A DNA stretch of 63,869 nt, filler included, from Reticulomyxa filosa (Eukaryota > Protista > Foraminifera): NCBI GenBank assembly GCA_000512085.1. It is 12 parts of 12 records of this genome, joined end to end, with 100 filler letters (N's around TTAATTAATTAA, not from the genome) between each part and the next. Parts side by side here need not be neighbours in the genome. Positions count along the whole stretch, not along the records: positions 1 to 4,155 come from ASPP01028858.1; positions 4,256 to 8,267 come from ASPP01000261.1; positions 8,368 to 30,631 come from ASPP01022423.1; 9 more parts are not named here. One strand, given 5' to 3'. The notes below the pieces were generated by a model. That model did not search any database. It saw only the letters and a program-made list of their open reading frames with translations, and had not been told where the DNA came from. Positions 1 to 12,771 of this stretch are shown piece by piece. Both the position numbers and the translations under genes were made by a program. Positions within the stretch are counted from its first letter, which is position 1, and each line of letters starts with the position of its first letter.

Positions 1-1340
1 CTCACTGCTAAGACGTGAATTAGCAAATATTAAGTCAGCATTCCCAGAAGCAGCCCCATATCTGTTTATTGCAAGAAGGATTTAGATCAAAGAAGAAGGA
101 CATTGATTATAATTTCCAGTATCTTTATGTTCATCACTGGAGTGAGACAGGAAGATCTGGAGTGTTATATCGAAGAGATTTGCACTCATTATCACGATCA
201 TTCACATTTAATGTATTTGATTATGAATCGTGTTGGGTGGAAATCTCGTGTATTCTTCCATTAATCAGTAATTGGAGAACGGATGTTGAATTGGATGTGC
301 ACTCAGATAATCTCCCAATCACTTTCAATATCAAACCACGTGGTCATCACCACGAATTGAACGACAAAAGATTGAGACTAGAAGCAAGTTTATGTCGATT
401 ACGAAAGAGACACCAAGGAATTTGATGCTGTATAAGAAAATTGCCAAGCAATTGTTATTAGAAAAGCATCAGCACATAGTAAAAAGCATTGGTTCATTGC
501 ATGAAGGAAATACAAGGAACTTATTCACGCAATTTAAGGCATTGAACACCAATAAAATCTGTATTATTCCAGCATTGGTGAACAAGGAGACCATCGACCA
601 ATTGCGTTGGTAAATTGATGGAAAGGATCATCACAAGGAGACTAATGTGGTGGCTAAATGAAAAGAAATTATTGTAATCGTGGCATAATACAGATGAATT
701 GTTATTGCGATTGGCTGAGACGATCCACAAGTCTTTCGATTGCAATTTAGTGACTTATGCAGTATTATTGGGCATCTCCGCAGCATATGATAGTGTTTGG
801 AGAAATGGACAGCAAAGTCTGGATGAATTATCCATTTGGTCGAATAAATGGAAGATACCAGAATAAAAAGAAATTTCCAAAGATGAAATTGACATTACAG
901 CAATCAAACCTGAAGGAATGCGACCATGTTAAGTATCTTGGATTGTTCCTCGATTCTCATATGACGCATACGGCAAGGCAGCAAGGAAACTTGTATATTT
1001 TACATATTTATGCTCATACAAAGGAGTCAGACCAAGTTTATCTACGTACAATCTATTATACAAGACCATCATCTGTCTCAAGTATGCAGGAATGGTGCAG
1101 CAGACACTCATAAGAAGGATACAAAGGATCGAATTCTTGGTGTAATGAACCAGACTGCTTATGACACTGTTAATATAATCTCCCAACTTCCTCCTCTCGA
1201 ATGGCGAAGACAAGAAGAAGTGAAGCTATACAATAAGTGTATCCAACATCAGGTATCGTTGGACAATGATTGCATTGTGATATTTTGCGATGGGTGACTG
1301 ATTGCAAGTTCGTGATTAATGCAATATTCAACAAATGGGA
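1..1340 (+). mobile_element. Degenerate non-LTR (LINE-like) retrotransposon: APE endonuclease, RT C-terminal and RNase H fragments
   Basis: Broken ORFs carry ICLLQE (APE motif), VHSDNLPI (SDH-like), HVKYLGLFLD (RT thumb YLG motif) and IVIFCDG (RNase H start); many stops and frameshifts. Confidence 0.75.
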
Positions 1341-2329
1341 TTCTGACATCTATAAATTGCCTGCTTTTTTGTTAGCCAGATTTGTGTGCCGATGATTGGG
1401 GACAAGGAACTTTCGAAACTATATTTCAACATTTAATTTGTTTGTTTGTTTTTTTTTTAGAGAGGGAATGTTATAAGTTGAATTCACAGAAAATATTGCC
1501 TCACTCACACTTGAATACAGTACTAAGTATTACAATATGTTACAAATGTAACCAACAGACAACATTTTAGCTTCAACTTTGCTATAGTTTTACCATTGTA
1601 AAAAAAATTCCAATTTATCATTCAAACTTTGGTGATCAGAGGGAATCCAAGGATCCTTTGGGAGATTCAACTTACAAGAGACACAATGTACAATTCTAGT
1701 TACCAACCTTAAATATTAAAAAAAACAAGTCAACAAAAAGTTGAAGTATTTTTTCTTGACTGTTCTTTGCTTGTATCGGACCTTTCCAGTTGTTTATCGG
1801 CCTTTCCTTTGGTTTCCGGGCCTTAGTGGTCTTGCCTTCGGTTTCAATGTCTTCAAAAATCTTCAGTGGCCTTTTCTTGATCGGAACCTGAGGCTCCTCC
1901 ACGCTGCCGGCGCGATTGCTTTCCTCGCATCTTAATGAGATGCCGAATCGCGATGAGGAATGATGATGAATGGGGATATATATGTATACATTTTTTTTAA
2001 TTTGTTTGGCGAATAGTGAATGACGAAGCAAGGAGTAGTCGGACACCATCAAGTATTTGATTATGAAAATAACTGCATATATTATCACTGGAGAATATTG
2101 GAATGCAAATCATCGGCATGATTGGATAGTGTATCCTTGATTTCATCGTATCAAATGGATACACATTATCATTTGCACGTTGAAAGACAATGCACATCAA
2201 GCATTGTGTCATCGTCTATTCTTCCATTGATTAGAGAACGGACGATGTTCAAAACCACGTGATCTTTCACCACGATGAAAAGTAATATTTGACGAAATAT
2301 ATCGAGAAATCAAGGTTCTTTGTATAAAG

Positions 2330-2765
2330 CGTCGAATCTTGGATCAAATGTGTTAAAACTGGAAAAGTGACAATTGGTATCAGTTTAAGTTCAAAAATCA
2401 AAGATTTAGTAAACAAAGAACAAGGCCATCATTTTGAATGGTGCAGCAGACATTTATAAGAAACTAGTGGAAAAGGATTAAAATGATATTCAATGTTATT
2501 TCCCAACTTCATCCTCTTGAATTAAGACTAATACAAAAATATATGAAGCTTTATCACAAGTGCGTCAGATAATCAGTCCGATTCAACTGTCGTAATCTTG
2601 TGTTGATATACAATATTTGTAATAATCAAGACCAAATGCTCATTTGAATATATTTTATGTAATGACATTGATTAAATAATTCAACAAACATTATATCAGA
2701 AATTGAAGCAATTAGACTTGCATTGAAATATGTGATTATTAATTCGATATTCAACAAATGGTCAC
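2330..2765 (+). mobile_element. Second degenerate copy of the same LINE 3' region
   Basis: gaatggtgcagcagacatttataagaa (~2436) matches ~1090; atattcaacaaatgg (~2747) matches ~1324; tcccaacttc and gaagct...acaagtg blocks are also shared. Confidence 0.65.
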
Positions 2766-4155
2766 TTCTTGCTTAGTAATTAAACAGACGTTGGATTTGT
2801 GAATGAATTGATTATTTGATATATACTGTTGAGCATTTCCTGATTAAATATTTGCCAACTAATTCTTGATACCTCAAACGTCCAGAAGTGCTTCCAGGCA
2901 TTAATGTATTGTCATTGTCTATGAAACAATTAATTATTTTCTATCTTGGAAATCATGTCATGATCAAAGTTTTGAATGCAGCAGCAAACTCGTGATCGAT
3001 ATCAATAGAAGGATTTGAGTAATTGTCAATTTAAATTGAAATAGCTTTATTGTTTTTCTTTTGATTACTTTTCCATGGACCTTTTGATCATTGTAAGATT
3101 TTGTGTCTTTATTTTGTGTTTGTGTTTTTAGCTCTTTTACAAGAAAGCATGAGTTTATGCATGTAGATAGTGCGTTTCACGATATCTTTGAACCTTATCT
3201 TTGCCTCTCTACAAACTTTGCACTGTTAAAAATTTTGAAGTTATTCTTTTTATTAGATTAGACAATTAGATACTATATCCAGCATCAGTATCTCAAGAAT
3301 TTTGAATATAATCTCAAAGATTTCTGACCATTTTCGTGTAAACAACATTGTGATAACAAGGCAAATATCAAATAAAAAAAACTACTAGTAAAATTTTTAT
3401 ATTAGAAACCAATTGCAATTTAACAGCTTTCTCATACTTTTTGATGACGATAAGTGCCCTAATTTATTTTTTTGATTTGTTAAAAGAAGTATATTTGATG
3501 TCAATATTTTATGCTACTTCAATACTTCAAAAATAATAGCTCGATTATTCGGTTTAGCATCCTCGTGTAACCACTGACCAAAGATCCAAAATTGCTTTCA
3601 AAGCCTTTGATTGGTTTTGCATTACAACCTTTGTTATTCAATTTTTAATAAAATCCTTTTTTCATCATCTCATGCAAAGCTTTAAAAGATGGTTGAAAAG
3701 TATATCGTCAAGAAAGCACGAATTTGACTAAAGAAATTTCAGATCATTAGCTGCGATAATGACGGTTAATGATCAAACTGTTCTCAATGCCTTTTTTCCT
3801 AGGATTTAATTCGAACAACATTCAAAATCACCGATTTATAACCATTCAATTGTAGTTTCAACATTAGTCATGTCGTAATATTACACTATTCGTAAATGTT
3901 GATTTTTTTAGATTTGACAAGTGTAGTAGATCAAGAATAATAAAAGCATTGAAGCCTTTCACCGACTGTTTATATTGTCCTGGTGGCAAGCATTTTAATT
4001 TCTTTTCTATCTCCACAGCTTTGCCATTTTATTTTTTTTTTGTATTGTCTTTGCCAAGTGCATCAACGCCATGCAAAGAGCGCGTTTCAGTCACCAACAA
4101 CTCACTTCATATTTTCTCTTGATTTTCCATTGCCGTCCATCTGGATCATTCGTTT

Positions 4156-4255
4156 NNNNNNNNNNNNNNNNNNNNNNNNNNNNNNNNNNNNNNNNNNNNT
4201 TAATTAATTAANNNNNNNNNNNNNNNNNNNNNNNNNNNNNNNNNNNNNNNNNNNN
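4156..4255. other. Artificial contig linker (N-run with TTAATTAATTAA, stops in all six frames)
   Basis: The same spacer occurs at 8268-8367, 30632-30731, 35174-35273, 38186-38285, 43716-43815, 49066-49164, 51618-51717, 54682-54781, 57910-58009 and 61251-61350. Confidence 0.98.
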
Positions 4256-4469
4256 AATTTTTAATTTGTTTTTCCGTTTTGTTCGACAAACTGTAATTAC
4301 TTTGTTTTTCTTAATATTTGTGCCATGACCTATTTTGGTCCAGGTACTTGAACTTGCTTTTGTTTGCACTTTGGGTTATGGCAAGGGCCAAAATCATTGA
4401 TTAGTGAAAGATGAAGCAATGAGTAGTCTGACACCTTCATGCCCTCCCTGTGCAAAAGCTAAAAAAAAA

Positions 4470-4700
4470 ATATGATCACGTGAAGTATCTTGGATTGTTC
4501 CTTGATTCTCATACAGCATATCAATTATGTGTATGGCAAAGCCGTGATGAAACTTGAACATTTGACATGCTTATGTCCATACAAAGGTGACCATCATCGT
4601 CCAAGTCTCGAATATGCTTCTGCATTTTGGAATGGTGCAGAAACGCTCATAAGACAATTTTAATATATCGAATTCTTGGTGTGATAAACCAGCCAATGTT
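4470..4700 (+). mobile_element. Third LINE relic (RT thumb region)
   Basis: aagtatcttggattgttccttgattctcat is nearly identical to ~931-960; gaatggtgcag and tcgaattcttggtgt are shared with copy 1. Confidence 0.7.
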
Positions 4701-5895
4701 GTCCTCTTGAGATCATTTAATTATGATGTTTTTTTTAGCGAGAATTAAGATTTTTACCGTCCCAAAGGAACACATGAAAAGATCATCAAAAAATTCTCAA
4801 AATCACAATTGACAACAGTAAGCGAAAAAACATATCTAAGTTTTGATTAAACATTAAAATATCAAAAAAAACAAATTGAATCTTAAATGTTGTGAAAACA
4901 ATTTTGACAAATTAAAGAAACACTTAATCAAAAAAGGGTGGTGTTATTTGACTTGTTTAGTCGCAAGGTGGCTAAATTTTGTTTGACATTTTTGCTTGTT
5001 CCTGACATTCTGATTAGCTTCCTGTTTCCTGCACTTTCGTTTGGCCGTTTGTATTTGAAAGATATCTGACATTTCACGATATCTTAGATTTCAACTATTA
5101 AAAAATTTTTTGGTTTGTTTTTGGTCTTGTCTTTGTGATGTTAAAATGATTAGATTAAAGGCTATTCTAGCAATGATAAAGTATCTTGTTGTAAGAAAGC
5201 TCAGCATATATCAGCATTATTGAATAATTATATATTGTAACAGATATTGTATTTGTAAATTGACTGCCACTATATTTCCTTTCTAACTTGACAATATTAT
5301 TTTTATTTTTTGGTCGTTGTAAGATTTTGTGTTTCTTTTTTGATTACTGTGTTCTATTTCTTAGAACGATTTGCTCTTTTTCCTAGAAAGACCTTAGTTT
5401 TACACATGTATAGATGGTAAAAAGCATTGATAGTTTATTATGAAGCGATATAGTGTCTGAAATTGACAGTCACTCAATGCAACCCATCTAAAAAAAAGAA
5501 TCTTATAAATAACGTATTGTCGTTAGTACATCTTTAAAAAACTAACTCTTTCCACTTACGCTCTCGGCAAAACCAAATTTTTCTCAATAAACGATATACT
5601 TTGAATTCTTCTCACTGTTTTGAGCGTGGCTTATACTTGCTTTTCTCGTTCATTTTATTGAGATAAATTCGTCAAAATAGTTTTTGGACTTAGTGGCAGA
5701 TAAAAATGAAGTTATAATTTCATTTGCCAAAGTAAAGATTTAAAAATCTGTTTAATCAATATTTACTTTCAAAAAAACCACAAATAATGCTATTCACAAT
5801 TTTTCTTGAACTAACGGTAGACCAATAGCGCCATAAGTTTGGGGTTATTTTTCCATAACTTTTATATATATTAGTCCCAATAAATACAAAGAATA

Positions 5896-7163
5896 ATGGA
5901 TCCTCTTTTGGATTCTGGATCATCTATCAAATCCGTGCAAAAAGAGTTAGGACAACTTGCAAGACTTACGAATACACTGTCCAAAGACTTCAAAAAAATT
6001 GGGACAACTGAAGATACGCTCAAACTGAGAGATGAAGTTCGTTAGTCTTTGTTATATAATATGTGTATACATGGTTTGAGTCTTAACAACAAAAAAAATG
6101 TTTGCATAACAACATACCAAAATGACGCAAACACGAGAATATGATAACACACTGAACAGATCAAAAGGACAGGCCATGAGGCAGTGACGCTGAGCCAAAA
6201 AATGAAAAAAACGTTGACAGAGTTAGCCCTCGATGATCATCCAAGCATGGAAAAGCTGAAACGCGATTACACTAAACAAGTCACAGAACTACAAGATACC
6301 ATCAAAAAAATCCAGACCAAAGAGCAACAGTTTCAACCACGATCCGGCACTAGTATTACTGGTGAATCTTATTATCCTTTCTTTTTTTGTTTTTATGAAA
6401 AAAAGGGGGAAAATTCATCCAAGGCAAGAAAAGGGGCGTAATGTTATACATGCGTAATATGCATATTGCATATGTGTATATGCATATAAATGTATACATA
6501 TATTGTATATATTTGGATAGAATTGTATTGTAAAATATGACAGGAGACAGGCGTCGATCATCTGGAGCGCAGGTGCCACAGCAAAACGCACCGAGTTTCC
6601 AGGCGCAAACACAAGAGTCCGATGATTTATTAGTTGCTAATTACGATTTGGGAGAAATGGAAAAAAGGGAGGAGCAAATGAACGAAATGGTTAATAGTTT
6701 GGGAGAATTGCAAGAAATGTTTCAAGACTTACATGTGTTGGTCCACGATCAACAGGTTTCTGCTATGCACACTACGACAAAACGGCTATCCTTTTTTTTT
6801 GAGAAAAAAAAGGGGAGGGGTAATGGCGTTTGCGAAAACGCGTATGCTGTTTGCTTATTTGTCATTTTTTATATTTTGATAAACATTTGAGAATGTCTAA
6901 TTGCAAAGAAAAAAAAGATGATAATTTGTTTTGTGTCAGTCCTAGCCTTAAGTTTGATTTTGGAATAAAATATAATAGGAAAATTTGGATACATTAGATA
7001 ATAACGTGCAGGTAGTACACAGCCAAGTCGAAACAGGAACAGAGCATCTCGTAAAGGCAAGCGAATACCAACAGTCTTATCGCAAAAAATGTGTTATTTG
7101 CTCATCATTTTATTAGTTATTGCAGTAGTTATTGTTGGTTTTGTTTTTGGTTTTAAAAAATGA
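5896..7163 (+). CDS. Syntaxin (Qa-SNARE, syntaxin-7/12/Pep12-like), multi-exon
   Basis: Habc region with IGTTEDTLKLRDE; SNARE motif EREEQM...LGELQEMFQDLHVLVHDQQ|ENLDTLDNNV...GTEHLVKASEYQ; C-terminal TM YLLIILLVIAVVIVGFVF; TGA at 7161-7163. Confidence 0.9.
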
Positions 7164-9545
7164 TGTATCAGAGTTTCTTGGTGTCCAATATCCCGTTTGC
7201 CACACTATAAATACTTCCAATTTAATTTTCAAATTATTAAAAATCCATCCCACTTTTTTTTCGAACTATTTTAAAGTCTAATTTGTTCAGATATGATGTT
7301 CCAAAATATTTATTCGAGACGCAACATCCCACTTCTTTTTTTTATGAATTATAGGATGATCAATCATTTTTTTTTCATAATTTGTGCTGAACTTGATGGA
7401 AATATATTTTGTCAACTGTGGAGCTCAACATAATGGAAAGAATGTAAAGATTCTCACAATATTTTTGCAAATCATTTATGGATAGTGAACGTGTCTAACG
7501 AAATTTTTTTTGTTCGTTGCTGTGTGTTTACCAATAGCGATTAGAAATTTTTTGAAAGTATTTAGGTCAAAAAGTTGATAAGTTTTAACGCAACTGCTCA
7601 ACGTTTAAAATGTGACTACACGAGAGGGTAGCTGTCCTGCTTGAAAAGTACTATTGAAGGAGCTGTTCAGACAATAAGATAAATATTTAACGTCAATGCT
7701 TTTTTCAGACGTGTATTGAAAAACTGCAGTTAAATAAATAAATAAACTTTTCTTTTAGTACATTTTTTGGTTAAAGCGCAGAACGACATTTGAGTTTCAT
7801 TTTAAACAATCAAAAATAAAAGATTAGAAAAACCAGTCGAAACAAACCTCGAAAGCATTAGACAATCAATCAAAGGTAAACCAAAAATTGTGAACGATCT
7901 TCTTCCAAACGATGACGAAAAAGCCAAAGAATCAATCCCAAAACAAGTATAGTCTGATTGTAGTCAATTCCAAAAGGCTAAAAATCAAGTAACTGTAATC
8001 TTTTGATTGTTGTTAAAATATCTTTAATAATAATCAAAAAGTGGACCTACTGCATGAAGATAAGCGGTAGTTACATTTGCAATTGAAACAAATTGCAAGT
8101 TTAATGCATATATACATTGAACAGAAGCAAAAAATCAATGTTGGAAAATATTACAGTATTTCGTGAAGACCAAATCAAGTATGCTTACAAAATGTTCTTA
8201 GTATTATAAAACTAATCTGAAACAACAAAATTACTTGTTTTTATACAGCATGTTGCAAAGAAAACTGNNNNNNNNNNNNNNNNNNNNNNNNNNNNNNNNN
8301 NNNNNNNNNNNTTAATTAATTAANNNNNNNNNNNNNNNNNNNNNNNNNNNNNNNNNNNNNNNNNNNNTTTTTTTTACCACTTTGTTGACTTTCATTTGGT
8401 GTAAATAATAGTTTGTTCGTTTTGGCATTGATTCAATTATACTTTTTACAACACTTGTTCAAATTTTTTACATAGTTGTTGTCTTTTTTTTATATAGTAA
8501 ATTCAATAATTTCCATATAAATTAATTTTTGTTTCATCCGAAAATACAACTTTTTTCCAATCGTGTACAGTCCAATTTTTATATTCATTAGCAAAACTAA
8601 GTCACTTTGATAATGTTCTTTAAGCTTTGGCTTTGTCTTATTTGTGATTGTGTAAAGGCAATTTGATTTCAAAGATCTTGCTATTGTCGAACAAGAAACT
8701 TTAATTTTGCAAACTAATGTAGTTCTAGCATAATTTCTAGCAAACCTTATAAATTTTCAACTGCAATGATACATTATTATTAAAAAATATTATGAAAAGT
8801 GTGTTGCATGTTATGTAATCAGGACATATAATTTCATTTAATTATTATAAAATAGAATTATACAATAAAAATAAACAAATTGTTGTCCAATGCAAGTGCA
8901 TTTTATTTTTATATTTATTTTAAAAATATTTTTCACAACGTACATTATACAGAAAGCGGTACATATATACTATTTTCATTTTACATCAATGACACTTTTT
9001 TTTTTGAAAAAAATATTTTTTGCCAGAATGATAAAAATACGAAATTATTTATTGACTTATTTGTTCAACAAAAAGGTATATAACAAATAAAAACATTTTT
9101 GTTAAGTAATTTTTCGAGATGATTTTCTTGTTATATCACAACAAGCAAGACCGTAAAAATTGCTTATAACATTAATCGATGCAAATGCAAATAACACATT
9201 TTATAGTTTTATTTCCTTTGGTGATGAGTGATTTATATAATTTCCTGTTGTATGACTACACAGCTGCAAATCTTTCCAACACAGAAAGTCGCCTTTACAA
9301 TTTATTTTTTTGGGTAAGTTTTCCATCGTTTTCTTCATTATTTTCATTTTACATTCATGGCACTTTTTTTTCAACTGAAATTGTTGTTGATTTGTGATAT
9401 TGAAGCAAAATGTAAGTTGCTTTGAGTAAAGTATATGACTTACAAAACACGTTGTCTATAACATTGCAACGTTACATAAGCGAAAATGTCAAAAACAATA
9501 AGAGTTTTTCTGCCTTTGTGGTCGTGAGAAGAAAGGTGAGACATT

Positions 9546-12182
9546 ATGTCTTCTCCAGAATCTTCACCGACATCAAAGCAGCAAGGTATCCATTTTACTG
9601 ATGATTCGCGAATTTTGAATTTGGCTCAAGAAGCAGAGCTATTGGACATGAAGCGGTGGGATCTAGAGTACGGTCGCGTACAATTGCGGCGTCGAACGTG
9701 AGCAACCAGCACAGTGAAGCGAATATATCGCGCGCAGCGCAAGTGAGACAATCACTGCAAATGTCCGGAAACGAGTTTGAGCAAAAGGTTGATTCCAGAA
9801 AAGGATGTTTTTTTTTCTCCTTCAAGAATCTATTGAGCATACATGCATATGTATATGGCAAATATGCATATACATTGGCGTATATGAAAACAGCGACTTG
9901 TATGAATGTGCGTATATGTGTATATGTATATATGTATATAACAACATAGTCGGAAATGATGAAAGCGCTACCTCCAGAAATCCAAGAGATGTTTGGTTAA
10001 TGCAAGCAGCGATAACAGAGCAAGACGCGCGCATCGAAGAGCTCGAGAGGGACCTGGAAGCAGAGCGATCGAAAGTGAGCGAGGCACGTTTCGAATTGGA
10101 GTCGAAATTGGACGAGATGGAGTTTGCAAAGAGCCAAATGGAATTGGAGATGGGCGTATGTAAAGACGACATGCAGCGCCTGCAGCAGCGTATCCAAGAG
10201 TTGAGCCGAAAGGAGTCGCTATTGGACTCTGCGCAGCAGGAGAATCGTACGGCGCAGGAGGAGCTGCAAGCGACGCACCTGCATGCAGAGCAGTTGAATG
10301 AAGAGTTGATCAAGACGCAAGATCAAATGCAGCACTTCAAGTCGTTGTATGAAAAGCAGAACGCGACATTGAAGAAGCAGCTGCAAACGATTGCGGAGAT
10401 GTCAAAGATGAAAATGCAATTTGAAGAAGAGCAGCAGCACCTAAAAGATGAGTTTGAGCAGGAAATGCAAGAGGCCGAAGACCTCATCCTCACATTGGAG
10501 GAGAAGGTCCAGACCTTGACTAAAGACAACCAAGAGTTGCTGCAACAGCTCAAATCCTCGGAAAGCCAGTTTCTGCAAATGCATGCCGACTTTGCGGACA
10601 CAGCTATGGGAATGCTGACTCAAGATGCACAAGGAGGAGATGGACACGGAGAAGGAGATGCTGCAAACATGGCCGTCGACAAGACAGGGGGGACTTTATC
10701 CGCAGCGCAGTCTTCGACAGCTGCACGTCACCGAAATTTCGGGAAACTTCACGGCGCTCACGCATTTCGCAAGACCAGGTGGACGACCCCAACGCTGATA
10801 TGACGCCGACGAAGACGACGATGAGGCTGTCACGTTTTGCTAAGCACAAGCCCAAGACGTCGGAACAATCGATGGATGATAACCTGTTCCACGAGTTCAA
10901 AAGAACCGAATCTATGGGAACAGAAGACATGGACATTAATAATAATAATAATAATAATAATATCAATGCCAATGCCAGTGTACACAATACAAGACCGTCG
11001 CTGCAACGACAACGGTCGTTCTCCATGGAGGTATTGAAGACGCAATTAGAGTCCAGCCATCGTATCATTCAGGACAAACTGAACCAGGTGCTCGAAGACT
11101 TTACCAACAACGGACTGATCGACAGACTAAAGGTGATGCTGAATCAAGAGCTCGACGGCCTGCGGACTCACATGTCCGATGTCGACGCCGACCAGATCCA
11201 GTCGATGCTCGATTCGCTGTCGCATGACCTCGAATTGCGCATTCAGCAATACATGTCCGATCAAAGCACGCTGGCGCAAAGCATGCGACACGCAATGGAA
11301 CAGCTACGTATCAGTCACGAAAGGGACGTCCAAAGTCGCGATCAACAACACAACCCGCCACGCTTCGACGTCGACGATTTGAAGATGTTTGTGGAAACCA
11401 CTTTGACCAATCAGTTGACGGCGTTGCAGATTGCTCTCGAAAAGGAAGTTTCGCAGGTGCTTGTACATAGTCAACGTCAAAATCACAATGACAATAACAA
11501 TAACAATAACAATAACAATGCCAATAAAGATGATAATGCTGTCATTGAACAAATGCTTATAAACATGAAACAAGACATAACTGAGGGGGTCACCAAACAA
11601 CTGAAAGAACTGCTGGCGCTACGTCGCGATCAAGATGCACAAGATGCCGGTCATGACCGCGGGGACCATGCGCATGCGCCGGATACCGATACCATCATGG
11701 GTGCCTTCCGCAAAGAACTGATGCCCGAAATTGTGGCCTTGTTTGAACAGATGCTCCATGACAGCAGCAATAGCAATAATAGTAATACGAGTGACAGAGA
11801 CGCACGCCAGTCCCATGACGAATACAAGTACAACGAACGCGAAGGTGAACTCCGTTTGTACAATGAACAGCTGCGGGCCAAAGTACTCGCTTTGGAAAAG
11901 GAAAAAACAGACATGGAACAATACATGAAAGACTGCGCCAAAAGCAAAGTCACGGCGATGGTCAAGCTGCAAAATATCATCGACCACTTGAAACTTGACA
12001 ACCAACTGCTCCAAGAGGAACTCACAAGGTATCATGCTGTTCATGCCAATCATCGCTCGGCCGATCCTCGAGCACTATCTCCCATCTCTGCACATTCCTT
12101 CTCTGGCTTTGTCGGTTCTGTCCTTGGCACCGTCAATAGCACCTGGAGTCATGTGACGCAGTCACAAAATCTGTCGACGTAG
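9546..12182 (+). CDS. Large coiled-coil protein with poly-Asn tracts; two 5' introns and one apparent frameshift near 10690
   Basis: GC-richer coding composition; heptad E/Q/K/L-rich ORFs 9950-10690 and 10692-12182; ATG at 9546 followed by GT..AG introns. Confidence 0.7.
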
Positions 12183-12771
12183 ACTGTTACACATACATCC
12201 TTTTTTTCTTTCATTTCTTACATTCCTTTCGTTAATTTGAGTTTGGACTTCATTGTTTGGATAACAGTCGACTGTGATGTTTGTTTTTGTTTTTGTTTTT
12301 GTTTTTATTTTCTGTTTGTGTTTCTGTTTTTTTTGTTTTTGTTTCTCTTTTTAATATATTGCTCGTAGAGGTTCTACTGCAATCATTGCCTCCTTTTTTT
12401 TCTTCTTGCATAAGGAGAGAGACATTCACAAGTATAAAAATAAATCACAGCAGCTGCGTTACTCTCGGCCCGTCTCTTCTTGCTTGAGAGATCCCACGTG
12501 TAAAATTCGCATTTTTTTTTAATCCAATTTTTTGTGTATCCCTTTCTGTGAAAACTTACATTAGAGAGGATGAGCCTAAAAACAAAACAAAAAAAAAAGA
12601 GATAGGCACTGATTAAGGAAGCCAGAAAAACGTAACAAGCAAAAAAAAAGGTTTTCCCAAAAAAAACTTTGGTTTTTTTTGTTGAAAGTGCAAAGCATTG
12701 TTGCTCTGCCTGTCGTGAGAAAAAAAAATTGACTTTACATCATCGCGTCAGCTCGAAGTATTAACGAGACC

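Noticed and set aside
4156-4255. Recurrent TTAATTAATTAA palindrome flanked by Ns (11 copies)
   Set aside because: Artificial six-frame-stop contig spacer, not biological.
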